This document shows, in pieces, positions 46,696 through 54,894 of a DNA stretch of 64,000 nt. Below the pieces are notes generated by a model. The model did no database searches. It was not told the DNA's origin and saw only the letters and a program-made list of their open reading frames with translations. Within the stretch, counting starts at the first letter, position 1, and every line of letters starts with the position of its first letter. Source of the DNA: Acidimicrobiales bacterium (GTDB lineage: Bacteria; Actinomycetota; Acidimicrobiia; Acidimicrobiales; AC-14). The DNA is taken from NCBI GenBank assembly GCA_038238185.1, contig JBBRXY010000009.1, forward strand, positions 1,385-65,384, given 5' to 3'. Position numbers and translations under genes: made by a program.

Positions 46696-47283
46696 TCATT
46701 CCTCGGTATGGTTCGTCAACCCGACCATGTCGGCGTCGTCGGTGAGATAGGTAGCCAGGCCGGCCTCGACGGTAATCGCCGGTCGAATCGTGAGCAGTCC
46801 CTCGGCCTCGGTGCGACACGTCTCCGCGTCGGTGAGCAGGAACTTGGCCCAGCGAAGGGTGGGGCCGTCGGCCAGGGGGTGAGCCCGCTCGCAGCGGTGG
46901 CGGTAGGCGGCCAGCCGCCGGGGTTCCACGACGCGGGCCACGGCCACCAGCCGCGATGCCGTCGTCGCGGGATCGGCCGGGTCGGCCGGGTGAGCCAGTT
47001 CGGCCAGGGCGGCGATGAACGCGGCCACACCGGGTCCGGCGGGAACGGTGAGCACGTCGCGGTCGAGATGAGCCACCCGGGGCTGGCGATCCCGCCACAC
47101 CTCGGCCCCGGTGGCGTGGCGCAGGCTGTGGGTGGACCACAGCACCTTGGCGGCGGCGTCGGGTTCGATTGGCACCCAGGAGCCGATGACCTCGAACAGA
47201 CGCGTCTCCAACCACCGAGCGTGGCCGGCGACCCGCGCCGACTCCTCCAGGCTGAGGGCTTCAGAGCCGGTCACCGCCATCAC
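46696..47283 (-). CDS. Hypothetical protein (195 aa)
   Basis: Long clean ORF with protein-like, helix-rich composition. No family recognised. Confidence 0.5.
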   Translation of the reverse strand: MMAVTGSEALSLEESARVAGHARWLETRLFEVIGSWVPIEPDAAAKVLWSTHSLRHATGAEVWRDRQPRVAHLDRDVLTVPAGPGVAAFIAALAELAHPADPADPATTASRLVAVARVVEPRRLAAYRHRCERAHPLADGPTLRWAKFLLTDAETCRTEAEGLLTIRPAITVEAGLATYLTDDADMVGLTNHTEE

Positions 47284-47467
47284 TGTAAAGACCGCGCTCC
47301 GCTTGGACCGAGGCGGCCCGCCGCCGGGACAGATCGAGGTTGGACTCGTCGGTGCCGATCGAGCCGGTGTAGCCGACGACGCTCACCGCCCCCGGGCATG
47401 TGCCCTCCTCACGCCGTTCGCCTCGCGTGCCGCTGACGCCGTCCGACGCAACGGTACACAGCTGCAT
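47261..47467 (-). pseudogene. OmpA/MotB C-terminal-domain fragment
   Basis: VSVVGYTGSIGTDESNLDLSRRRAASV matches the OmpA_C core (v.GHTD..G....N..LS..RA..V). Only about half a domain is present and no N-terminal part exists. Confidence 0.3.
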
Positions 47468-47509
47468 CCACCCCGGCTGAGCTCGGTGGACGGGCGTCCG
47501 ATCCCCGGC

Positions 47510-49225
47510 TCAGCGGTAGTGGTTGGTGATGGGGAGGCGGCGGTCCTTGCCGAAGGCCTTCGGGGTCACCCGCACGCCGGGCGGGGCCTGGCGCCGCTTG
47601 TACTCGGCCCGGTCGACGATGGTCACCACGCGGCGCACCAACTCGCCGTCGAAGCCGGCAGCCACGAGGTCGACCGCCGTCATGTCCCCTTCGACATAGG
47701 CCTCCAGCACCGGGTCGAGCTCGTCGTAGGGCGGAAGTGACTGGTCGTCGCGCTGGTCGGCCCGCAGCTCGGCCGACGGCGGTTTGTCGAGCACCGAATC
47801 GGGGATGGGGCCCACACGATCATTGTCCCGGCGATTGCGGTGCCGGCAGAGGTCGTACACCACGGTCTTCGGCACGTCTTTGATCACCGCGAACCCGCCG
47901 GCCATGTCGCCGTAGAGGGTGGCGAAACCGGCCGCCATCTCGCTCTTGTTCCCGGTGGCCAGCACCATCCATCCGAACTTGTTGGACAGCGCCATGAGCA
48001 CGACCCCCCGCACCCGGGCCTGCACGTTTTCCTCGGCCAGGTCCTCCGCGGCGCCGGCAAACGACGGCTCGAGCATCTCGAGCACGGCGGCATGTGCCGG
48101 CTCGATGGCGATCACGCGGAAGCCGATGCCCAGCCGGTCGGCCAGTTCCTTGGCGTCGTCGTTGGCCCCGGCGCTCGAGAAGCGCGACGGCATAGCCACC
48201 CCGTGGACGTGATCGGCTCCGAGGGCGTCGACGGCGATCACGGACACGAGCGACGAGTCAATGCCTCCCGACAGGCCGATCACCACGTCGGTGAAGCCGT
48301 TCTTCGTGACGTAGTCGCGCGTGCCCAGGACCAGGGCCTCGTAGACCTCGCCGACGGGGTTGAGCGGCTCGGCCAGGCCCGGCTCGGCGGTGTCCCCGTG
48401 CTCCCGGGCCTCGCCGGTGATCGTGACGGCGGTGAGCGCCGGTGCCACGGCCCGGCCCCGGGGGTCGAGCAGGCGCTTGCGGAACACCGCACGTACGTCG
48501 ATGTCGGCGACCATGACGGCCTCAACGAACTCCGGGGCCCGGGCCAGGATCCTGCCGCCGGCGTCGACGATCAGGGAGGCGCCGTCGAACACCAACTCGT
48601 CCTGGCCGCCGACCAGGTTCACGTAGACCAGGCCGCAGGACGCATCGGACGCTCGGGTGGCGAGCATGCGCTCACGCTCGATCAATCGCCCGGCGTAGAA
48701 GGGCGAGGCGCTGATGTTCACGATCAACTCGGCCCCGCCGGTGGCCTGGTCGGTCATGGGCCCGGTGGGCGACCAGATGTCCTCGCAGACGGTGAGGCCC
48801 ACCCGGACCCCGCCGACCACGAACAAGGTGGGCTCGTCGGAACCGGCGGCGAAGTAGCGCTGCTCGTCGAACACGGAGTAGTTGGGTAGTAGGCGCTTGC
48901 GGTAGACGCCCTGCACGGCGCCGTGGGCGCACACCGCGGCGGCGTTGTGCAGATCGCGCCCGGAGTCGACGAAGCCCACCACGGCTGCGCACCGCCCGGT
49001 CCGAGCAGCCAGCTTCTCCAGGGCGGCGCGATTGTCGGCGACGAACCCCGGCTTCAACAACAGGTCCTCTGGGGGATAGCCGGTGATGGCCAGCTCGGGG
49101 AAGACGGCCAGGTCGGCCCCGGCGGTCTCGGCGGTCTCGAGGGCACCGAGAATGGCATCCACGTTGGCGTCGAGGTCTCCCACCACCAGGTCGAGCTGGC
49201 AGGCGGCGACACGCAGGCGACCCAC
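47510..49225 (-). CDS. nadE: Glutamine-dependent NAD+ synthetase
   Basis: N-terminal CN-hydrolase domain (LRVAACQLDLVVGDLDAN...FPELAITGYPPEDL) plus an NAD synthase domain with the SGGIDSS PP-loop. Confidence 0.95.
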   Translation of the reverse strand: MGRLRVAACQLDLVVGDLDANVDAILGALETAETAGADLAVFPELAITGYPPEDLLLKPGFVADNRAALEKLAARTGRCAAVVGFVDSGRDLHNAAAVCAHGAVQGVYRKRLLPNYSVFDEQRYFAAGSDEPTLFVVGGVRVGLTVCEDIWSPTGPMTDQATGGAELIVNISASPFYAGRLIERERMLATRASDASCGLVYVNLVGGQDELVFDGASLIVDAGGRILARAPEFVEAVMVADIDVRAVFRKRLLDPRGRAVAPALTAVTITGEAREHGDTAEPGLAEPLNPVGEVYEALVLGTRDYVTKNGFTDVVIGLSGGIDSSLVSVIAVDALGADHVHGVAMPSRFSSAGANDDAKELADRLGIGFRVIAIEPAHAAVLEMLEPSFAGAAEDLAEENVQARVRGVVLMALSNKFGWMVLATGNKSEMAAGFATLYGDMAGGFAVIKDVPKTVVYDLCRHRNRRDNDRVGPIPDSVLDKPPSAELRADQRDDQSLPPYDELDPVLEAYVEGDMTAVDLVAAGFDGELVRRVVTIVDRAEYKRRQAPPGVRVTPKAFGKDRRLPITNHYR

Positions 49226-49330
49226 GGCGTAAGCCTACCGGCGGATGCCAGCCTGGCCGCCCTTTCGGAGCCCCGCCTCACCCCCGGGCGTCGTCGAGCG
49301 CGCCAACCGCGGTGGGGGCAGACTGCGGCC

Positions 49331-52069
49331 GTGTACGGCAATCGGCTCCGGTCGACGATCGAGCGTTCGGCGGCACCTGCGGCGGTCGCGGTTGCCATCG
49401 AGCGCATGGCCGAGCGCGACCGGTCCATCGTCGAGCGCCTCACCGACGATGTCGCCCTGAGCGAGGCGGTGGTGGCGGTGACTGCGGCCAGCCGGTCGCT
49501 GGCCGAGCTGTGCGTGGCCGAGCCGGCCGCCATCGAGGTGCTGGCAGATCTCGACCGCCGGCCGCTTCTCGACGGCCCGGCCCGCGTCGAGGACCTGGCT
49601 GAGTGGAAGCGTCTGGAGCTGTTGCGCATCGCCGGGCGCGACCTGGTGGGCCTCGACGACCTGCCCACGGTGGGCCGGGGCCTGGCGCGCTTGGCCGCCG
49701 AGGTCCTGAAGGCGTCGTGCGCCCTGGTCTTGCTACCCGACGCCGGGGGGGGTTTGGCCGAGAACAGCGGGGGATTGGCCGTCATCGGCATGGGCAAGCT
49801 CGGAGGCTCCGAGCTGAACTACGCCAGCGATGTCGACCTGATGTTCGTGGCCGAGGACCCGGCGGCCGCCGAGAAGGCGGCCCGGGCGGTGCTCGAGGCG
49901 GCGCGGTCGTGCTTCCGGGTCGACGTCGACCTCCGCCCCGAGGGCCGGGACGGGCCTCTCGTGCGCTCGCTCGCCTCCTATGAGGCCTACTGGGACCGGT
50001 GGGCGAAGACGTGGGAGTTCCAGGCCCTGCTCAAGGCCCGTCCCATCGCCGGTGACGCCACGTTGGGCGCAGCGTTCTCGGCCAGCGCCGACGAGCGGGT
50101 GTGGGGCCGGGCCTTCACGTCCGACGACCTACGGGAGGTCCGGGCCATGAAGGCCCGCGCCGAGGAGCATCTGGCCCGGAAGGGCCTCACCGACCGAGAG
50201 GTCAAGCGCGGCCGCGGCGGGATCCGCGACATCGAGTTCGCCATCCAGTTGCTCCAACTCGTCCACGGTGCCCAGGATCCGGCCCTGCGGTCGGCCAACA
50301 CCCTCGACGCCCTGGGCGAGCTCGGGCGGGCCGGCTATGTCGACCCCGACGACGCCCGGGCCCTCGATCACGCCTACCGGCTCTTGCGAACCGTCGAGCA
50401 CCGCCTCCAGTTGGTCCACGAGGAACAGGTGCACGTCCTGCCCGACGACGCCGCGTCGCTCTCCCATCTGGCTCGGGTCATGGGGTACCGCGACAACGCC
50501 GAGGGCACGGCCGGCGAGTTGCTGGTCCGGTATCTCCGCCGCCAGCAGGCCACGGTCCGGTCGATCCACGAGCATCTGTTCTTCCGGCCCCTCCTCGACG
50601 CCCTGCTGTCGGTCCGTGCAACCCGGGCGGCAGCCCTCGCTCCCGGCGTGGTGGAGGCCCGGCTGGCCGCCTTTGGGTTCACCGACGCGACCCGCACCCG
50701 CCAGGCATTGGCAGAGCTCACCCGCGGACTCACGCGGTCGTCGCGCCTGATGCAGCAACTTCTTCCCCTGCTCCTTGGCTGGCTGGCCGACTCGCCTGAC
50801 CCTGATCTGGGCCTGCTCGGCCTGCGCCGGCTGGCGGGCGGTGACGAGCACCGAGCCGGTGAGCTGGCGGTTGCCTTCCGGGAGTCGCCTGAGGGCGCCC
50901 GCCGCCTGTGCGTGTTGCTGGGCACCAGCCGGCGCCTCACCCAGACCCTCGAGCGCCACCCCGACCTGATCGCCGACCTCGATGCGCCCGATGGGTTGGG
51001 GTTTCGCTCGGCCGGGGAGCTGGCGGGGGGCGCGCTCAACGCGGTGTCGTGGCGAACCGAAGTCGACGAGCGCCAGCGGAGCCTCGAGCGGTTCCGGCGC
51101 CGTGAGGAACTACGCGTCGCCTCCGCCGATGTCCTGTCGCTGACTCCCGCCGGTGACGACCCCGTGGTGGTCACCGGTGCCCAGCTGACCTCGCTCGCCG
51201 AGGCATGCCTGCGGGCGGCATTCGAGGTCGTGGTCCCGGAAGTCCCCTTCGCCGTGGTGGCCATGGGTCGCTTCGGCGGGGCGGAACTGTCCTACGCCAG
51301 CGACCTCGATGTCCTCTTTGTCTACGACGGCGCCACGCCCACCGACTTCGCCCTGGCCGAGAAGGCCGCCGTCTCGCTCCTCGAGTTCCTCGCCGGGCCC
51401 AGCCCGGCGACGCGGATCTACTCCGTCGACACCGGCCTGCGTCCCGAGGGCAAGGACGGGCCAGTGGCCCGCAGCCTCGACGGCTATCGCGCCTACTACG
51501 AGCGGTGGGCCCAGGTGTGGGAGCGCCAGGCATTGCTCCGGGCCCGGTTCGTCGCCGGCGACGCCGAGGTGGGGAGGCGCTTCTGTGAGCTGATCGGGCC
51601 CTACCTGTGGCGCGATCCCTTCCCCGACGACGATGCCCGGGAGATCCGGCGCATGAAGGCCCGTATCGAACGTGAGCGCATGCCGCCGGGCGACGACCCG
51701 CAATTCCACCTCAAGCTTGGTCGCGGGTCGCTGTCGGATGTGGAGTTCACCGCCCAGCTGCTCCAGCTCCAGCACCGGGTGGCCGCCACGGGCACCATGG
51801 CCGCCCTCGACAGGTTGGAAGCTGCCGGCGCCCTTGCCCATGCCGACCGGGTAATCCTCGGCGAGGCCTATTGGTACTGCGAGAGCACCCGCAACCGGTG
51901 GTTCCTCATCAAGGGCGAACCCGACGACTCGTTGCCACAATCGGCGCAGGACCTGGCCCGTGTGGCCCGCTCGCTCGGCACCACGCCCCAGGAGCTGCGC
52001 GATGGCTACCGGCGCGCCACCCGCCGGTCCCGCCAGGTGGTGGAGCGGGTGTTCTACGGGAGAACCTGA
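49331..52069 (+). CDS. glnE: Bifunctional glutamine synthetase adenylyltransferase/adenylyl-removing enzyme
   Basis: Two nucleotidyltransferase modules (GMGKLGGSELNYASDVDLMFV and AMGRFGGAELSYASDLDVLFV), each followed by a GlnE domain (DVDLRPEG, GRGGIRDIEF / GRGSLSDVEF). The start is uncertain (GTG at 49331 chosen). Confidence 0.92.
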   Translation: MYGNRLRSTIERSAAPAAVAVAIERMAERDRSIVERLTDDVALSEAVVAVTAASRSLAELCVAEPAAIEVLADLDRRPLLDGPARVEDLAEWKRLELLRIAGRDLVGLDDLPTVGRGLARLAAEVLKASCALVLLPDAGGGLAENSGGLAVIGMGKLGGSELNYASDVDLMFVAEDPAAAEKAARAVLEAARSCFRVDVDLRPEGRDGPLVRSLASYEAYWDRWAKTWEFQALLKARPIAGDATLGAAFSASADERVWGRAFTSDDLREVRAMKARAEEHLARKGLTDREVKRGRGGIRDIEFAIQLLQLVHGAQDPALRSANTLDALGELGRAGYVDPDDARALDHAYRLLRTVEHRLQLVHEEQVHVLPDDAASLSHLARVMGYRDNAEGTAGELLVRYLRRQQATVRSIHEHLFFRPLLDALLSVRATRAAALAPGVVEARLAAFGFTDATRTRQALAELTRGLTRSSRLMQQLLPLLLGWLADSPDPDLGLLGLRRLAGGDEHRAGELAVAFRESPEGARRLCVLLGTSRRLTQTLERHPDLIADLDAPDGLGFRSAGELAGGALNAVSWRTEVDERQRSLERFRRREELRVASADVLSLTPAGDDPVVVTGAQLTSLAEACLRAAFEVVVPEVPFAVVAMGRFGGAELSYASDLDVLFVYDGATPTDFALAEKAAVSLLEFLAGPSPATRIYSVDTGLRPEGKDGPVARSLDGYRAYYERWAQVWERQALLRARFVAGDAEVGRRFCELIGPYLWRDPFPDDDAREIRRMKARIERERMPPGDDPQFHLKLGRGSLSDVEFTAQLLQLQHRVAATGTMAALDRLEAAGALAHADRVILGEAYWYCESTRNRWFLIKGEPDDSLPQSAQDLARVARSLGTTPQELRDGYRRATRRSRQVVERVFYGRT

Positions 52070-52102
52070 CCAGCTCCCAGGGGAAGCTAGGTTGACAGGT
52101 GG

Positions 52103-52131
52103 TTGCCGTTGACAAAGAGTTGCGGTACCAT
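52103..52131 (+). promoter_or_regulatory. Candidate promoter for a leaderless antitoxin mRNA (-35 TTGCCG, 17-nt spacer, -10 TACCAT, 7 nt to the ATG), with a GTTGACA direct repeat
   Basis: ggTTGACAggtggTTGCCGttgacaaagagttgcggTACCATcgtctcgATG. GTTGACA occurs twice 17 nt apart (start to start), a possible operator. Prediction by eye only. Confidence 0.3.
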
Positions 52132-52138
52132 CGTCTCG

Positions 52139-52606
52139 ATGGTCAAAGCGCTGCGGCTCGAGGAACTCGCCGACGACGACCCCGCCGCTGCGGCCCATGC
52201 CGTGGCGGGAGCCCTCACCGTTAATGGTGCGTCGTCGGGATGGATGAACCGGTTCCTCACCGAGCTCGATCACATCGCCGAGCGCAGTCAGCTGGCACGC
52301 GTCCTCGACGTGTGGTCGCTCTCCATGGCTGACGCCGGGCGGATGTTCGGTGTCAGCCGCCAGGCGGTCGACAAGTGGCTGAGCCGAGGTGTCCCTGAGC
52401 AACGGCGCTCCGCCGTGGCCGACCTGGAGGCGGTCACCGACCTGTTGACCCGTTACCTCAAGCGCGACCGGATCCCCACCGTCGTGCGCCGCCCGGCCGA
52501 TCGCCTGGAGGGTTCGAGCATGCTCGACCTGGCCCGGGCCGGTCGCACCGATGAGCTGTTGGCCTACACGCGGGAGATGTTCGACCTCCGTCGCGTCGTC
52601 GCCTGA
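52139..52606 (+). CDS. Xre-family HTH antitoxin with a DUF2384 toxin-binding domain (MbcA/ParS-like)
   Basis: HTH (MADAGRMFGVSRQAVDKWLSRG) and a C-terminal DUF2384-like segment (VRRPADRLEGSSMLDLARAGRTDELLAYTREMF). Followed 3 nt later by a RES-domain gene. Confidence 0.75.
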   Translation: MVKALRLEELADDDPAAAAHAVAGALTVNGASSGWMNRFLTELDHIAERSQLARVLDVWSLSMADAGRMFGVSRQAVDKWLSRGVPEQRRSAVADLEAVTDLLTRYLKRDRIPTVVRRPADRLEGSSMLDLARAGRTDELLAYTREMFDLRRVVA

Positions 52607-52609
52607 GCG

Positions 52610-53191
52610 GTGGCGTCGAGGGCGGGGGCGGCGAAGTCGTCGAAGTCGACGGTGGCCGTGCCGGTCGTCGAGCCGGTTGATCCTCGTCACGTGTGGCTGC
52701 GTCTGGCCGATCCAGGCTGGGCCGATCCACTCGATCCAACCTTTGCGCCGGTCGTGGGCGGGCGCTGGACGCCAGTCGGCGGCCCTCCAACGCTGTACTT
52801 CAACGCCGACGTGGCGACGGCGCGCGCCAATGTCCGTCGCCTGTGTGCCGGGTACTCGATCGTGGCCGAAGACCTCGACGACGACAACGGGTACGCGCTC
52901 GTCGGTGCCCGACTGCCGCCCCGGCAACTGGTTGCCGACGCCCACACCACCGCCGGCCTGGATGCCCTCGGGCTGCCCCCCACCTACCCCCTCGACCGGG
53001 GCGGGCACGAGATCGGCCATCGCACCTGTCGGAGCCTCGGGCAACAGATCGTCGATGCCGGCCTCGACGGCGTGCACTGCCGGTCGGCGGCCACCCACGA
53101 CGGCTCCGGTCGCGAGCTGGGATGGTTCCCTCGGCCGGGAGCCCACGCCCGCTCCCGGACCACCCACCGATTCGCCGACTGGTTCTACTGA
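52610..53191 (+). CDS. RES-domain toxin (MbcT/ParT-like NAD+-targeting family)
   Basis: GGRWTPVGGPPTLYFNADVATARAN (R motif) and GLDGVHCRSAATHDGSGRELGWFP (S motif). GTG start 3 nt after the antitoxin stop. Confidence 0.75.
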   Translation: MASRAGAAKSSKSTVAVPVVEPVDPRHVWLRLADPGWADPLDPTFAPVVGGRWTPVGGPPTLYFNADVATARANVRRLCAGYSIVAEDLDDDNGYALVGARLPPRQLVADAHTTAGLDALGLPPTYPLDRGGHEIGHRTCRSLGQQIVDAGLDGVHCRSAATHDGSGRELGWFPRPGAHARSRTTHRFADWFY

Positions 53192-53220
53192 GCTGACGCT
53201 CGGCGGCTCGGCCGTCCTCG

Positions 53221-54765
53221 CTACTCGCCTGGCTTGTGCTGTTCGTCGGAGTCGGTGTAGCGGGCCAGTTCGTCGGGGCGGGGAGCGAGGGGACGTAGGA
53301 GGGGGAAGAAGATCACGTCGGCGATCGAATCTGCCTCGGTCAGCAGCATGGCCAGCCGCTCGATACCGGGGCCGACGCCCGTCGTGGGTGGCATGCCGTA
53401 CTCCATGGCTTCCAGGAACTCGTGGTCGACGGGATGGGCCTCGATGTCTTCGTCGACAACGCGCCGGCCCTGCTCGGCCTGAAACCGGCGCTGGAGCTCG
53501 GCGGGATCGTTGAGCTCCGACCAGTTGTCGCCCTGCTCGATGCCGCCCACGTACAACTCGAACCGTTCGACGAACCGTGGATCGTCGGCCGTGCACTTGG
53601 CCAGTGGGGACACCTCGACCGGATAGCCGAACACGATCGTCGGTTGGATCAGCGTGGGCGCCACCACTTCCTCAAACAGCGAGGTCAGGGCGTGGCCGAC
53701 GGTGGCCTGCGGGCGCAGGCGGTTGTCGGCGAGGACCTGGTTGGCGACCGCCAGGTCGCTCACCGCCCGGAAGTCGACCCCGCACTGGCGGTTGACCAGG
53801 CCGACCATGGTCTCCCGGGGCCATTCACCCATCAGGTCGACCGGCTGGCCTCTCACCGAGACGATCTTCTTGCCCACGACGTCGGCGGCGAGATGCTTGT
53901 AGAGCTGTTCGGTGAGCTCCATGTTGAACTCGTAACCCTCGTACGCCGTCATGGTCTCGAGCATCGAGAACTCGGGGTTGTGCGTCCGGTCGATGCCTTC
54001 GTTTCGGAAATATCGACCGATGGTGTACACGCGTTCGAAACCGGCGATGACCAGCCGCTTCAGGTACAGTTCATGCGAAATGGCCAGGTAGTAGTCGCTG
54101 TCGATGGCGTTGACGTGGGTGCGAAACGGCTGGGCCCGGCCGCCGCCATAAAGAGGTTGGAGGATGGGGGTATTGAACTCGACGAACTTCCGTTCGTTCA
54201 GGAAGGCCCGAATACCAAAGAGGATGTCGGAAACCACGACGAACCTGTCGCGCTTGGCCGGGGTCATGATGAGGTCGAGATACCGCTTTCGCGCCAGCAC
54301 TTCCTCGTCGGTGACGCCATGCCACTTGTCGGGGAGGGGCTGCAGCGACTTGGCGAGCAGCCGAAGCCCCTTTACCTGAACCGAGTCCTCGCCCCGACGG
54401 GTCCTGGTGACGGTGCCCTCGGCTTCCACGATGTCGCCGATGTCGATGAGCTGGCCGGCGTCGTCGAAGCCGAGCGTTCCCGCGGCGGGGCTGGTCGGGG
54501 CCAGGTTCTCGCCGGCGATCATGAGCTGTACCCGGCCCGACTGGTCCTGCACGTCGGCGAAGACGAGTTGTCCGTGGCCTCGGCGCGACATCATCCGCCC
54601 CGCCACGGTCACGGGTTGTCCGGCGAGCTCGTCGTAGCGATCGTGGACGTCGACGGCCATGTGGGTCCGTCGGGATGTCGACGGGTACGGATCGATTCCC
54701 AATGCCTTGAGTCGCCGCACCTTTTCGATGCATTGGGTTCGGAAGGCGCTTCCCGAGGTTCCCAT
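53221..54765 (-). CDS. lysS: Lysine--tRNA ligase (class II)
   Basis: OB anticodon-binding domain (VTVAGRMMSRRGHGQLVFADVQDQSGRVQL), motif 2 (YFRNEGIDRTHNPEFSMLE) and motif 3 (GVGPGIERLAMLL). Start trimmed to the ATG at 54765. Confidence 0.95.
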   Translation of the reverse strand: MGTSGSAFRTQCIEKVRRLKALGIDPYPSTSRRTHMAVDVHDRYDELAGQPVTVAGRMMSRRGHGQLVFADVQDQSGRVQLMIAGENLAPTSPAAGTLGFDDAGQLIDIGDIVEAEGTVTRTRRGEDSVQVKGLRLLAKSLQPLPDKWHGVTDEEVLARKRYLDLIMTPAKRDRFVVVSDILFGIRAFLNERKFVEFNTPILQPLYGGGRAQPFRTHVNAIDSDYYLAISHELYLKRLVIAGFERVYTIGRYFRNEGIDRTHNPEFSMLETMTAYEGYEFNMELTEQLYKHLAADVVGKKIVSVRGQPVDLMGEWPRETMVGLVNRQCGVDFRAVSDLAVANQVLADNRLRPQATVGHALTSLFEEVVAPTLIQPTIVFGYPVEVSPLAKCTADDPRFVERFELYVGGIEQGDNWSELNDPAELQRRFQAEQGRRVVDEDIEAHPVDHEFLEAMEYGMPPTTGVGPGIERLAMLLTEADSIADVIFFPLLRPLAPRPDELARYTDSDEQHKPGE

Positions 54766-54894
54766 CAGGTTGAAGTCATAGGGGGTTGAGGTCCTCGGTA
54801 CAGAGGGGCTTGATCCTGAGAGGATACGCGTAGCAGCGCCAGGGTCCCAGCCGCTGGCCCGACTGCTCGCTACCATGGCCACCGTAGCCGTTCG

